NCBI GenBank assembly: GCA_039802265.1
Contig: JBDRWI010000002.1
Coordinates: 6,430 to 70,429 of the forward strand
From: a candidate division WOR-3 bacterium
GTDB lineage: Bacteria; Hydrothermota; Tepidihabitantia; SM23-42; JAOAFX01
Length of the DNA stretch: 64,000 nt
Reading direction: 5' to 3'
The translations under genes and the position numbers were made by a program. The notes below the pieces were generated by a model, which did not search any database, was not told the origin of the DNA, and worked only from the letters and a program-made list of their open reading frames with translations. Of this stretch, positions 29,328 through 39,963 are shown piece by piece (positions within the stretch are counted from its first letter, which is position 1; every line of letters starts with the position of its first letter).

Positions 29328-29391
29328 TTCTTTGATAGATTGACTTTTCCGAAATTATATGTAGAATTATAATGGCTAACAAAGGAGCCCA

Positions 29392-30756
29392 ATGCTGAAT
29401 AAAAAAGAAATGAAAGAACTAATTGAATTAGCGTTAAGGGTCTCGTCTGCTGAACAAACTGAAATAGTCATACATGAATTTGACTCAGCACTAACAAGAT
29501 TTGCCAATAATTATATACATCAAAATGTGTATGAAGGTAACACGGTTGTCTCGGTAAGAGCCATATTTGGAAAGAAAATCGGCGCCGCAAGCACCAATTC
29601 CCTTTTACCACAAAAGATAAAAGAGACTGTAAAATGGGCAGAACGGATAGCACGATACCAGGTGGAAAACACCAAGTTTGTGTCTTTGATTAAAACTTTA
29701 CCTAAACAATACCATCCGGTTTCTCCCCGTGTAAGATATTATGCATCAATAACTCCCCAGAAAAGGGCGGAGGCTGTAAGAGATATCATTGAGGTGGCGA
29801 AGAAACATGGGCTTACTGCCTTTGGTTCGGTATCAAATGGTTGGTCAACCATTACTATTGGCAATTCACTGGGGACATTTGCCTATTATAAATCCGGTGA
29901 TGTCTTCTGTAATATCGTTATGTCGGGTAAAGATTCTACTGGTTATGTCCAGGCTGGTGCAAAAAGTTTAAATGAGTTAAACTTTGTCAAACTCGCCGAG
30001 GTTGCTGCAAAGAAGGCAATCAAATCAGCCGATCCAATAGAGATTGAACCGAAGAGTTATACAACTATCTTTGAACCACTGGCGGTGGCCGATTTTATGG
30101 ATTACCTTGCGGTCTATGCCTTTAACGGAAAAGCATTTGAAGAAGGACGTTCTTACCTCGCGGGACGACTCGGAACCAAGATTGTTGATGAACGAATAAC
30201 TATTGTTGATGACCCTTTCAATATAAAGGGTTTCCCGTTTCCATTTGACTTTGAGGGAATTCCTAAAAATAAATTGGTTCTAATTGAAAAGGGCGTTGCC
30301 CAAAATGTTGTCTATGATTCCTTAACTGCGGCTTCGGTTGGCAAGAAGACAACCGGACACGCACTCACCTATCCAAACCCATTCGGTCCTATTCCTTTGC
30401 ATCTGGTAATGAACAGGGGAGATACGGAAATAGATGATATAATTTCAAATACAAAAAAGGGGATTTTAGTGACGCGACTCCATTATACAAATGTTATTGA
30501 CCCCTATCGAATTGTCTTTACTGGTATGACCAGGGATGGCACATTTCTCATTGAGGATGGTACAATAACTAAGGGAATAAAAAATCTCCGATTTACCGAG
30601 AATTTATTTGAGGTCCTGAATCGGGTTGAATCAATATCTAAGAATCTGGAACTGGTTGCCCGGGAACCCGGCTATGGTAGCCGTTTCAGCCAGGGAACAA
30701 TTGTCCCCACCATCAAAATTAGAGATTTTACCTTTACCAGTAAAACCCAGTACTAA
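29392..30756 (+). CDS. TldD/PmbA-family metalloprotease.
   Basis: About 450 aa with the family's conserved C-terminal region ('GLTAFGS', 'RLHYTNVIDP'); the full-length match is to TldD/PmbA proteins. Confidence 0.65.
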   Translation: MLNKKEMKELIELALRVSSAEQTEIVIHEFDSALTRFANNYIHQNVYEGNTVVSVRAIFGKKIGAASTNSLLPQKIKETVKWAERIARYQVENTKFVSLIKTLPKQYHPVSPRVRYYASITPQKRAEAVRDIIEVAKKHGLTAFGSVSNGWSTITIGNSLGTFAYYKSGDVFCNIVMSGKDSTGYVQAGAKSLNELNFVKLAEVAAKKAIKSADPIEIEPKSYTTIFEPLAVADFMDYLAVYAFNGKAFEEGRSYLAGRLGTKIVDERITIVDDPFNIKGFPFPFDFEGIPKNKLVLIEKGVAQNVVYDSLTAASVGKKTTGHALTYPNPFGPIPLHLVMNRGDTEIDDIISNTKKGILVTRLHYTNVIDPYRIVFTGMTRDGTFLIEDGTITKGIKNLRFTENLFEVLNRVESISKNLELVAREPGYGSRFSQGTIVPTIKIRDFTFTSKTQY

Positions 30757-30774
30757 AACCGACTGCTAAAGGGA

Positions 30775-31635
30775 ATGCACTATATTAAGTTGTTAAGGCC
30801 TGAACAATGGATTAAGAATGTCTTCCTTTTCGCCGGGCTTGTCTTCAGCCGCGAATTCAAAAATCCAGTAAGTATCTATACAAGTATCTTATCTTTCTTT
30901 ATCTTCTGTCTTTTAAGTAGCAGTGGTTATATTCTCAACGATATTCTTGATTACAAGGTTGACCGGATGTTACCGGCGAAGTCAAAAAGGCCGCTCGCCT
31001 CAGGAAAAGTGACGCCAGTTACTGCATTTTATTATTTTCTGGGAGTATGTGCTACAGGAATTATTCTTGCTACAAAAATAAATACCAATTTCTTTTATAT
31101 CAGCATTCTCTATCTCATATCATCATTCCTCTATAGTCTTGGTGTAAAATATCTGGTGATTCTTGATGTTTTTTTTGTCGCAATTGGCTATGTCCTGAGG
31201 GCAGTGGCTGGAGCAATTGCAATAAATGTTCAGATATCATCTTGGCTCGTTGTATGCACTTTTTTACTTGCCCTGTTTATTGTCTTAACAAAAAGAAAGG
31301 CAGAACTTATAACCTTGGGCGAAAGTGCCTCCAATCACCGTTATGTGCTTGCTCATTATTCGGTAGGATTATTAAATCAATTGTGCACAATTTCCACTAC
31401 TGCCTGCATTGTTTCTTATTGTATCTATACCATTTCTCCGGAGACTACCACAAAATTCCATACCCGAAATTTAATGTTTACAATCCCTTTTGTGATATAT
31501 GGCTTATTTCGTTATCTATATCTCGTTGAAAGAAAATCCGGATTAGAAATGCCAAGCCGGGCAATAATCTCCGATATACCATTGTTGCTATCCGTTATTC
31601 TGTGGGGTGTGATAAGCATAATAATTTTAATGTAG
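30775..31635 (+). CDS. UbiA-family prenyltransferase (decaprenyl-phosphate phosphoribosyltransferase-like).
   Basis: '[25 protein letters not shown]' Asp-rich motif. Eight or nine TM helices. Confidence 0.75.
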   Translation: MHYIKLLRPEQWIKNVFLFAGLVFSREFKNPVSIYTSILSFFIFCLLSSSGYILNDILDYKVDRMLPAKSKRPLASGKVTPVTAFYYFLGVCATGIILATKINTNFFYISILYLISSFLYSLGVKYLVILDVFFVAIGYVLRAVAGAIAINVQISSWLVVCTFLLALFIVLTKRKAELITLGESASNHRYVLAHYSVGLLNQLCTISTTACIVSYCIYTISPETTTKFHTRNLMFTIPFVIYGLFRYLYLVERKSGLEMPSRAIISDIPLLLSVILWGVISIIILM

Positions 31636-31997
31636 CAAAAATTTAAATGTTGATTTTTTATCTATTGAATTGCGGTGGGTAGGTAAATAATTCCCCATAT
31701 TGTTTCTGACAAACCGTCCATCCTTCAATACGGTGATAGATATTCAATTCACCACTTCTTTAACTCGGCAACCGAGGGTGAAAAGGATTAGATTGCTGTT
31801 AGATTTTCCCGAAAGAATGGGATTGTATCAGGGGGGTATAATAGCTATGTTTCCAGCAGCACTATGGTTGAGAATGTCGCATTTCTGGTCATTATATGGC
31901 AAATATTTAATCAGGGAACAGGCAAAGTATAAAAACGGTGCCGAATCCGGGTGGTCTGAAAATCTGGATTCAATAAGTGAATTTCCAAAAAGGAATA

Positions 31998-32069
31998 AGC
32001 GGGAGACGGGATTTGAACCCGCGACCCTCACCTTGGCAAGGTGATGCTCCACCACTGAGCTACTCCCGC
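31998..32069 (-). tRNA. tRNA-Gly (anticodon GCC).
   Basis: The reverse complement reads GCGGGAG-TA-GCTC...GAGC-A-TCACC-TTGCCAA-GGTGA...GCGGG-TTCAAAT-CCCGT-CTCCCGC-T. Confidence 0.85.
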
Positions 32070-32108
32070 AGGTTTATTAAATCAATTATATCCAAAAAAA
32101 CAAAGGAG

Positions 32109-33263
32109 TCAATAGATTACATCGAATCCTAAACATTTCAAGACATTTAAAAGTTCAACAGCCGGATTCGGAGGTTCAAATTTTACCTGATGACTACCAA
32201 ATTCGTGACGAACGGGGTAGTTTCTGCGGAGAGATTCAAAAAGGGTAGATATTTTAGTTTGGTCTATTTTTAGAATTTTGCGCATTATGCGGTCGTCATT
32301 TAACGGATTATATGCCTTGAAGATCGCCTCGGATAAGACTTCCCATCTATTGCGATAACCGTCCTTGACAGTTACTTTTATTTTCGCGGGCGATAAAATT
32401 TGACTTACTGAGATCCTTTCTTTTCGGTTTAGTAATTGACATAATCTTTTGTAGACCATCATCGTACCCCGCAATTTGCCTTCAATAGAGTAACCAGCAA
32501 TGTGCGGGGTAGCGATATCAGCGACCTTTAATAAATCAGTATTTATATTTGGTTCATTCTCCCAGACATCAAGGATTAGTCCGCCTAATTTCCCTGTAAA
32601 TCTTAAGAGTGCCTTTTCATCAATCACACTGCCCCTTGCTGTATTAATAAGGATAGTGCCGGGGTTTAACTTTTTTAGAAATTCTTCATCTACCATATGA
32701 TAGGTTTTGTATTTCCCTGTAAATGTTAAAGGAACATGGAGTGTGATAATATCCGCCTCTTTTGGATTTATTAATGAAATAAATTTTTTGTCCTTTGTTC
32801 GGTTAAATTTTGGTGGGTCGTTTAGCAAGAATTTTATTCCCAGGCATGTACATATCCGGGCGACCCGCTTTCCCACATTACCAACGCCAATTATGCCGAT
32901 GGTCTTTTTATCCATGCAAAAATTCTTTTTTTGTGAAAGGATAATAAGTGCGGCAAGGACATATTCCGCAACCGAATTGGCATTACAGCCCGGGGCATAG
33001 ACTAATTTTATACCGTTTTTACGTAGATAATTTCGGTCGATATGGTCAATGCCGCTGGTCACTGAGCCGACAAATTTTATTCTTGTATTTTTGAGCAAAT
33101 TGCTATTTACCTTGACCACACTCCGCACTAAAAGGACATCAAATTCTTTTATATTTTGGGGGATGATTTGTGAGGCGGGTATGGTAGTAATTTCTCCTAA
33201 GCTGGAGAAGACCTCTCGGACATAAGTAATTTCTTCATCAGCGATGATTTTCAATCTTTTCAT
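32109..33263 (-). CDS. pdxB: Erythronate-4-phosphate dehydrogenase (D-2-hydroxyacid dehydrogenase family).
   Basis: The N-terminus 'MKRLKIIADEEITYVREVFSSLGEITTIPASQ...VLLVRSVVKVN' aligns closely with E. coli PdxB. NAD site 'GIIGVGNVGKRV'. About 380 aa including the PdxB-specific C-terminal domain. Confidence 0.8.
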   Translation of the reverse strand: MKRLKIIADEEITYVREVFSSLGEITTIPASQIIPQNIKEFDVLLVRSVVKVNSNLLKNTRIKFVGSVTSGIDHIDRNYLRKNGIKLVYAPGCNANSVAEYVLAALIILSQKKNFCMDKKTIGIIGVGNVGKRVARICTCLGIKFLLNDPPKFNRTKDKKFISLINPKEADIITLHVPLTFTGKYKTYHMVDEEFLKKLNPGTILINTARGSVIDEKALLRFTGKLGGLILDVWENEPNINTDLLKVADIATPHIAGYSIEGKLRGTMMVYKRLCQLLNRKERISVSQILSPAKIKVTVKDGYRNRWEVLSEAIFKAYNPLNDDRIMRKILKIDQTKISTLFESLRRNYPVRHEFGSHQVKFEPPNPAVELLNVLKCLGFDVIY

Positions 33264-33346
33264 CCGAAATTATTATATGCGGATTGAAATAAAATTCAAG
33301 CATATACGATTATTGACTCCATTCTATCTTTGGATATAATTTCAAT

Positions 33347-34396
33347 ATGGGAATTAAGTGCCGAAGGTATAATGTGGCAATATTGGGATTCGGCAGGGTT
33401 GCTGGGGCATTTTTGCGCCATTATTTAAATATCAGAAAAAAAATTTTACAAGAACACAACTTTGATTTGAATTTTATTGGAATCTGTGATTCTTCAAGTT
33501 TTATTGTGGATAAAAATTTGGCAATTCAAAAATTACTCAATCAGAAGCTTAAAGGTATCCGGCTGGGGTATACAACCCCAATACCCTTGAAACAACTTTG
33601 GATGGCACTCAAAAAAGAGAAGTTGGATATTATTATTGATGCCCTCCCCGGTTCAAGGTTTGATGCCGGGATGAGTTATCCGTTACTAATTGAGGCATTG
33701 AAGATGAAGATCAATTTAATTCTTGCCAATAAGTCCCCGCTTGTCTTTAAAGGAAGTGAGATTCTAAAAATTGCCGAGGAAAAGGGGTGTTATCTTGGAA
33801 TTAGCGCCACAGTTGGTGGTGCCATACCCACATGTGGGATTGTACTCAATGAATTGATCGGGGCTGAAATATATAAGGTTCGTGGGGTTTTAAACGGAAC
33901 GAGCAATTTTGTCCTTGATAAAATCATGTTTGAATCCAAATCTAAATTATCAGCAATAAGGGAAGCAGTTAATCTTGGAATAGCCGAACCCGACTACCGT
34001 TTTGACCTTGAGGGTCTGGATACCTGTTACAAGATGATTATCCTTGGACTTCTGATCACCAAACGGTGCATGAATTCCAATTCAGTCAGATGTTGTGGTA
34101 TTCTAAATATGGAAGAAAAAGAAATTTTGACAAGCGTGCGCCGGGGTAAGGTAGTTCGTCTTATCGGCAATCTGAGTATAAAAAACAAAAACCCTTTGAT
34201 TACAGTTGCACCTGAAATTCTCGATAAGAATGACCCATTGTATGGTGTCAGTGGAGCAAATAAGGGTGTTACTTTCTATACGAAATATATGGGTGAGTTC
34301 ACGGTAATTGGTGGGGCATCAGGTTTAAACTCAATTGCGGCAACCATAATGAAGGATATTATTAATCTTGACAGATTCTGTCAAAGGCAAAAATGA
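33347..34396 (+). CDS. hom: Homoserine dehydrogenase (no ACT domain).
   Basis: 'VAILGFGRVAGA' NAD-binding site. 'LNGTSNFVLDKI' and 'AVNLGIAEPDYRFDLEGLDTCYKMIILGL' catalytic-domain motifs. Confidence 0.75.
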   Translation: MGIKCRRYNVAILGFGRVAGAFLRHYLNIRKKILQEHNFDLNFIGICDSSSFIVDKNLAIQKLLNQKLKGIRLGYTTPIPLKQLWMALKKEKLDIIIDALPGSRFDAGMSYPLLIEALKMKINLILANKSPLVFKGSEILKIAEEKGCYLGISATVGGAIPTCGIVLNELIGAEIYKVRGVLNGTSNFVLDKIMFESKSKLSAIREAVNLGIAEPDYRFDLEGLDTCYKMIILGLLITKRCMNSNSVRCCGILNMEEKEILTSVRRGKVVRLIGNLSIKNKNPLITVAPEILDKNDPLYGVSGANKGVTFYTKYMGEFTVIGGASGLNSIAATIMKDIINLDRFCQRQK

Positions 34397-35037
34397 AGAT
34401 AATCGGCATTACCGATATTCACGGTCGGGCAAATATTCCCAAGGCCGTTGCACAGGCACTGGCTGAAACTGACTTAATACTCATTGCCGGTGATATAACT
34501 AATTTTGGCGGAAAAGAGGAAACAAAAATAGTAATGAATGCAATGAGAAATTTTAATGAAAAAATTCTTGCGGTTCCGGGGAATTGTGACCATCAGGAGG
34601 TGATTGAGGAATTAAAATCCGAAGGGATAAATCTTCACGGTGAGATAAGAAGAATAGATACTATGGTAGTTTTTGGAATAGGTGGAAGTGGTTACACGCC
34701 ATTCAATACACCCCAGGAGTATTCTGATTCTGAAATAGAAAGGATACTTGAAATATTTAAAAAAGAGAAGACCGATTCAATCAAAATACTCGTTAGCCAC
34801 TCACCGCCGCTGGGGACATCAACCGACCGCACAATGCTCGGGATACATGCAGGTAATGGTGTAATTCGTAAATTCATAACTGATTATCAGCCTGACCTCT
34901 GTCTTTGCGGACATATCCACGAGGCAAGGGGAACGGACAAAATTGGCAAGACAATCATCATCAACCCAGGACCATTTCCAAAATTCTATGTTGAAATTGA
35001 AATAACGGATAAAATTCATTTTTCGCTCAAGGCATAG
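34393..35037 (+). CDS. Calcineurin-like metallophosphoesterase (YfcE-like).
   Basis: 'GITDIHGR', 'GDITNFG', 'PGNCDH' and 'CGHIHE' metal-ligand motifs. Confidence 0.75.
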   Translation: MKIIGITDIHGRANIPKAVAQALAETDLILIAGDITNFGGKEETKIVMNAMRNFNEKILAVPGNCDHQEVIEELKSEGINLHGEIRRIDTMVVFGIGGSGYTPFNTPQEYSDSEIERILEIFKKEKTDSIKILVSHSPPLGTSTDRTMLGIHAGNGVIRKFITDYQPDLCLCGHIHEARGTDKIGKTIIINPGPFPKFYVEIEITDKIHFSLKA

Positions 35038-35090
35038 GTAATATTCGGAAGTGCTATTGACATTCCTTTATTTTTCTATATAATTTTGCT

Positions 35091-36917
35091 ATGTGTGGAA
35101 TAGTAGGGTATGTTGGCCCGCGGGATATTACAAGTGTTCTATTAGGGAGTCTATGGCGTTTGGAATATCGCGGTTATGACTCAAGTGGGATTGCAGTTAT
35201 AAATGATGATGAACTCGTCATCCGGAAGGTTCCGGGTAAGTTGAGTGAACTACAGGAGTTACTCAAGAGAGAACCGATAGCGGGTAGCACAGGAATTGGC
35301 CATACCCGCTGGGCAACCCACGGTAATCCAAGTGAGGAAAATACACATCCTTTAGTTGATTGTAATTATGAACTGGCGCTGGTTGTAAATGGAATTATAG
35401 AAAACTTTCATCTGTTAAAAGATGAACTTGAGGCCCGGGGGCATCTCTTTCGTTCCTTTACCGACTCTGAGGTAATCGTGCATCTTATTGAAGAAAATTT
35501 GAAAGGCGGTCTCTATGATGCAGTTTGTAAAACCGTACCGAAGTTGAAGGGAAATTATGCATTTGCGGTTATTTATACCAAGGAGCCCGGCCACATCGTC
35601 TGCGCCCGCCATGATGCACCGCTTATTTTGAGCATAGATCATAATGAAGCGGCGGTGGCGAGCGATGTTTCAGGGGTGATTGCAATCTTTGACCGAATTA
35701 TTGATTTACCCAACGACACAATTGCGGTCATTTCTCCGGGTGATTACTTCATTAGCGATTTTAATAAAAATGAAATCAAGATTGAGCCGCGGAAGGTCTT
35801 AATTAAAGTGAGGGATATTGAAAAGGAGAATTTCCCGCATTTTATGCTCAAGGAGATATTTGAGCAACCCCGCATTCTGCAACAAATTATTAATGTGCGA
35901 ATCGATAATAACAAGATTAATCTGGGCGATGAATTAAACTTTACAGACTATGAATTGTTAAAAATATCAAGAATCTATATCCAGGCTTGCGGAACTTCCT
36001 GGCATGCGGGTGTCGTGGGTAAATATCTCCTTGAGCGATTCGCCCGAATTAGCACCGAGGTTGATATTTCAAGTGAGTTCCGGTATCGCGATACGGTGCT
36101 GGATGGAAATACAATGGTAATGGCGATAAGTCAGTCAGGTGAAACTGCGGATACCATTGCTGGATTGCGCGAGGCAAAGGCAAGGTTTCTTAAGGTTCTT
36201 TCGCTGGTCAATGTCCCACATTCAAGTATCTACCGGGAGTCGGATGGAGTAATTGGGATACTCGCCGGTCCGGAAATCGGTGTTGCCTCAACCAAGGCAT
36301 ATACCGCTCAACTTTTAAACCTTTACCTTTTAAGTCTCTATCTGGGAAAACTCAGAAACTTCATGACTGAAGATGAGGTAAATTCTCACCTGGCCGAGAT
36401 TAAGAAAATTCCCAAGATGGTGGAGGCGATTTTGAACAAACAGGACGAGATTAGAAAGATTGCGGCGAAATATTACAATTCACGCGATTTTCTCTTTTTG
36501 GGAAGGGGAATAAATTACCCAACTGCTCTGGAAGGGGCTTTGAAATTAAAAGAAATTTCCTACATACATGCAACGGGCTATGCAGCGGGTGAGATGAAAC
36601 ACGGTCCAATTGCCTTGATTGATGAGAATATGCCGGTAGTCTGCATCAATCCAAAGGCCGGTGTATATGAGAAGATGCTGAACAATATTCAGGAGGTCGT
36701 TGCCCGCAAGGGTCAGGTCATTGCCATCGTCACGGAGGACGATACCGCAACCAGGGCAATCAGTGATTATGTAATAGAAATTCCTGAATGTAAAGAATAT
36801 CTTTCACCAATTCTTGCGGTTATTCCCTTGCAACTTCTTGCTTACTTTATTGCCACCTTCAAGGGACTGGATGTGGACCGCCCGAGAAATCTGGCAAAGA
36901 GTGTGACAGTTGAATAA
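35091..36917 (+). CDS. glmS: Glutamine--fructose-6-phosphate aminotransferase.
   Basis: 'MCGIVGYVG' N-terminal nucleophile start. Two SIS domains. C-terminal '...KSVTVE'. Confidence 0.95.
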   Translation: MCGIVGYVGPRDITSVLLGSLWRLEYRGYDSSGIAVINDDELVIRKVPGKLSELQELLKREPIAGSTGIGHTRWATHGNPSEENTHPLVDCNYELALVVNGIIENFHLLKDELEARGHLFRSFTDSEVIVHLIEENLKGGLYDAVCKTVPKLKGNYAFAVIYTKEPGHIVCARHDAPLILSIDHNEAAVASDVSGVIAIFDRIIDLPNDTIAVISPGDYFISDFNKNEIKIEPRKVLIKVRDIEKENFPHFMLKEIFEQPRILQQIINVRIDNNKINLGDELNFTDYELLKISRIYIQACGTSWHAGVVGKYLLERFARISTEVDISSEFRYRDTVLDGNTMVMAISQSGETADTIAGLREAKARFLKVLSLVNVPHSSIYRESDGVIGILAGPEIGVASTKAYTAQLLNLYLLSLYLGKLRNFMTEDEVNSHLAEIKKIPKMVEAILNKQDEIRKIAAKYYNSRDFLFLGRGINYPTALEGALKLKEISYIHATGYAAGEMKHGPIALIDENMPVVCINPKAGVYEKMLNNIQEVVARKGQVIAIVTEDDTATRAISDYVIEIPECKEYLSPILAVIPLQLLAYFIATFKGLDVDRPRNLAKSVTVE

Positions 36918-37572
36918 AGGGATAAGGCTTGACCATTTGATAAACCAGCAGAATTTGGTCGCAAGGCGCGTAAGAATTGTGGGGTATAAAAAGGTGGTCA
37001 AACATATCGCCGGTATTGATGTATCTGCGAAAAATAACATGCTCTTTTGCTGTATTGCACTATTTAACTTTCCGGAATTAAAAGATAAGGAGTTTGCTTA
37101 TGCCTATAAAAATGGAGTCTTCCCCTATATACCAAATTTTCTGGCATTTAGGGAATTACCGGTTATACTTAAGGCATACAAGAATTTGACCATTGAGCCG
37201 GACCTCATACTCGTTGATGGTCAGGGAATTGCCCATCCCCGTTACTGTGGAGTTGCCACTCATTTGGGGGTAATCCTGAATAAACCCACCATCGGGTGTG
37301 CAAAATCACATCTTTTCGGAGAGTTTACAATGCCCGGTAAAAATAGGGGAGACTTTTCTCCAATTAAGCGGCATAATAAGAAAATTGGTATTGTCCTGCG
37401 GACCAAGGATAATGTGAAACCGCTCTTCGTCTCTCCGGGTAATCTTGTTAACTTAAAAGATTGCCGAAAATATGTTCTCGCGACTACCCTTGGTTATCGC
37501 ATCCCGGAACCAATAAGACAGGCCCATATAAGGGCAAATAAATACGCACTTGGTAAAGTATTAAAGCTTTAG
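36910..37572 (+). CDS. nfi: Endonuclease V (deoxyinosine 3' endonuclease).
   Basis: 'AGIDVS', 'PYIPNFLAFRELP', 'LILVDGQGIAHPRYCGVATHLGV' and 'PTIGCAK' align along the full length of E. coli Nfi. Confidence 0.85.
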   Translation: MNKGIRLDHLINQQNLVARRVRIVGYKKVVKHIAGIDVSAKNNMLFCCIALFNFPELKDKEFAYAYKNGVFPYIPNFLAFRELPVILKAYKNLTIEPDLILVDGQGIAHPRYCGVATHLGVILNKPTIGCAKSHLFGEFTMPGKNRGDFSPIKRHNKKIGIVLRTKDNVKPLFVSPGNLVNLKDCRKYVLATTLGYRIPEPIRQAHIRANKYALGKVLKL

Positions 37573-37582
37573 GAGGTGCAAA

Positions 37583-38593
37583 ATGTCGGAGGTAAGAAGG
37601 GACATTGTAACCGATACCTGGGTGATCATTGATACGGAAAACGATGAAATTCCTAAGGTGAGCGTGGAATTTCCGGATGGCGAAGCGCCCTGTCCATTCT
37701 GTGCCGGTAATGAAGATAAAACACCAAAGGAGATACTTGCCTTCAGGGATAATACCCAACCCAATACCCCGGGCTGGAAGGTGAGGGTTGTGCCCAATAT
37801 CAATCCTATACTCCGGGTAGAGGGTGAACTTGAAAAATTTGGTGTTGGTGTCTATGATATGGTAACCGGAACCGGCGCCAATGAGGTTATTATTGAATCA
37901 CCCCAACATATTACAAATATTGGTGATTTACCGGCTGAACAGATAGCACTCATCCTGGAAGCATATAAGCTACGCATTGAAGACCTGCACAATGACAAAA
38001 GAATCAGATATGTATTGATATTTAAAAATTATGGTCGGCTTGCTGGTGCATCCACAATCAGTCATACTCATTCCGACCTGATTGCCCTGCCCGCTACCCC
38101 CAATCGTGTAAAACAGAAATTGAACGGTGCTTATGAATATTACAGATATAAAGAGCGTTGCCTGTTCTGTGATATCATTCAACAGGAGATTGAGATGGGT
38201 GACCGGCTCGTTTTACAGACAGAGAAGTTCGTCGCATTTGCCCCTTATGCCTCAAGACTCCCTGGTGAAATATTGATTATCCCAAAGCGCCATTCGTTCA
38301 GTTTTAAATTTATTAATACGGAAGAGATAACCGAACTCGGTTCGGTCTTAAAGAGAATCTGTAATGCGGTGCGCAAGGCACTATTTGATCCACCATATAA
38401 TTTAATCCTTACCGATTCACCAAATCTTTTGCCCCGCGCCGACTACTGGAAGACGATAGAGCAGGACTTCCACTGGCATCTGGAACTTATCCCACGCCTT
38501 TATCGAACCACCGGTTTTGAACTGGGAACCGGTTTTTATATCAACCGATTATCTCCCGAGAAAGCGGCAAGTATCTTGAGGATGAGCCTTTAA
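37583..38593 (+). CDS. GalT-like HIT-superfamily nucleotidyltransferase (galactose-1-phosphate uridylyltransferase family).
   Basis: SD 'AGGAGGTG'. Zn motif 'CPFCAGNE'. Active-site-like 'SHTHSD' in place of the canonical HPHGQ. Duplicated half-barrel architecture at about 336 aa. Confidence 0.55.
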   Translation: MSEVRRDIVTDTWVIIDTENDEIPKVSVEFPDGEAPCPFCAGNEDKTPKEILAFRDNTQPNTPGWKVRVVPNINPILRVEGELEKFGVGVYDMVTGTGANEVIIESPQHITNIGDLPAEQIALILEAYKLRIEDLHNDKRIRYVLIFKNYGRLAGASTISHTHSDLIALPATPNRVKQKLNGAYEYYRYKERCLFCDIIQQEIEMGDRLVLQTEKFVAFAPYASRLPGEILIIPKRHSFSFKFINTEEITELGSVLKRICNAVRKALFDPPYNLILTDSPNLLPRADYWKTIEQDFHWHLELIPRLYRTTGFELGTGFYINRLSPEKAASILRMSL

Positions 38594-38598
38594 AAATT

Positions 38599-39285
38599 AT
38601 GCTCAAGTCGGTAATATTTGACCTTGATAATACCCTGGTTGATTTTATGGCAATGAAGGAGGCGGCGGTAGACGCCGCGGTGACCGCAATGATCGATGCC
38701 GGATTGAAGATGAATAAGGACGAGGCGAAAAAGAAGATCTTTGAGATTTACAATGAGGTTGGGATTGAAGACCAGACCGTCTTTGATAAATTCTTAACCC
38801 GGGAATTGGGTAGGATTGACTATAGAATTCATGCGGCCGGGATTGTGGGTTATCGCCGGGCAAGGGAGGCGGCACTTGTGTTATATCCCCATGTCAATTA
38901 TACACTTACCGAACTCATAAAGAAGGGATTGAAACTTGGTGTTGTCAGCGATGCCCCAAGGCTTCAGGCCTGGTTAAGACTATGTCAACTGAATCTTCAC
39001 CATATCTTTGATGAGGTCGTTACATTTGAGGATACCTATAAGAGAAAACCTGATGAGGCACCATTTAAGGCAATCCTGGAAAGGCTCAAGGTAAAGCCCT
39101 ATGAGGCAATCATGGTCGGCGACTGGGCGGAGCGTGATATTGTCGGTGCCAAACTATTAGGGATGAAGACCGTCTTTGCTCGTTATGGCGATACCTTTGG
39201 CACAAAAAATTCGGGTGCCGACTATGAGATTGATGATATAATCCAACTCCTGGAGATTGTAGACAAAATAACCGGTCGCCAATAA
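38599..39285 (+). CDS. HAD-superfamily hydrolase.
   Basis: Motif I 'VIFDLDNTLVDF'. Motif III/IV 'KPDEAPF...VGDWAERDI'. Confidence 0.8.
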   Translation: MLKSVIFDLDNTLVDFMAMKEAAVDAAVTAMIDAGLKMNKDEAKKKIFEIYNEVGIEDQTVFDKFLTRELGRIDYRIHAAGIVGYRRAREAALVLYPHVNYTLTELIKKGLKLGVVSDAPRLQAWLRLCQLNLHHIFDEVVTFEDTYKRKPDEAPFKAILERLKVKPYEAIMVGDWAERDIVGAKLLGMKTVFARYGDTFGTKNSGADYEIDDIIQLLEIVDKITGRQ

Positions 39286-39302
39286 CTAAGTAATGCCAAT
39301 AA

Positions 39303-39959
39303 ATGAGATTCTTTATTCTCTTATTTCTATCTTTTAATCTTTTTAGTCAGACTCCCCCGAACTATAAAAACGAGAAGAAAATACCGGATAAGGAAACAAT
39401 TTTGTATGAGACCTATGACAACGGTAAGACTGGCACAATCAAAATTTCTCTTAACAAAGATACAATTGGCTACAGAATTACATATAGTTCTGACCGTTTT
39501 ATTGAAGTAATACTTGATACATCTAATCTACAGACTCTCTATTTAAACAAATTTGTTGAAGGAAAATGGGAGCTGACAATAAATAGAAAGGGGATGCTAT
39601 TTGAAGTGAATTATAAAAATAATAAACGAACTTACAAGGAGGAGCCAGTTTTTGACCGGCATACCCTTGACTTTGTCCTGAGGGGATTTGAGTATTATCT
39701 TGGCTTTCAAAAGAGAATCCGGCTCAATGTCCCTGAATTTATGGTCGTAAATGCGGATATAAAGGTTATCGGCGAGGAGTACGTTTTGGTACCCATCGGT
39801 GAAATAGCATGCTGGAAGATAGAGATGCATCCGCGTATCATCTTTATAAAAAAAAGATTTTTTTTCTGGATTGAAAAGGAATATCCCCACCGTTTTGTGA
39901 AATATCAGGATTCAGAAGGTAAAAATCAGATTATATTAAAGGAATATAACATAAATTAA
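39303..39959 (+). CDS. Hypothetical secreted protein.
   Basis: Signal peptide MRFFILLFLSFNLFSQ. I recognise no motif. Confidence 0.4.
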   Translation: MRFFILLFLSFNLFSQTPPNYKNEKKIPDKETILYETYDNGKTGTIKISLNKDTIGYRITYSSDRFIEVILDTSNLQTLYLNKFVEGKWELTINRKGMLFEVNYKNNKRTYKEEPVFDRHTLDFVLRGFEYYLGFQKRIRLNVPEFMVVNADIKVIGEEYVLVPIGEIACWKIEMHPRIIFIKKRFFFWIEKEYPHRFVKYQDSEGKNQIILKEYNIN

Positions 39960-39963
39960 ATAT

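Noticed and set aside
31700-32044. 114-aa ORF spanning the non-coding gap and running antisense through tRNA-Gly.
   Set aside because: Overlap with a tRNA gene on the opposite strand, and no homology. At most, its first ~50 codons could be a small peptide; this is noted in the findings.
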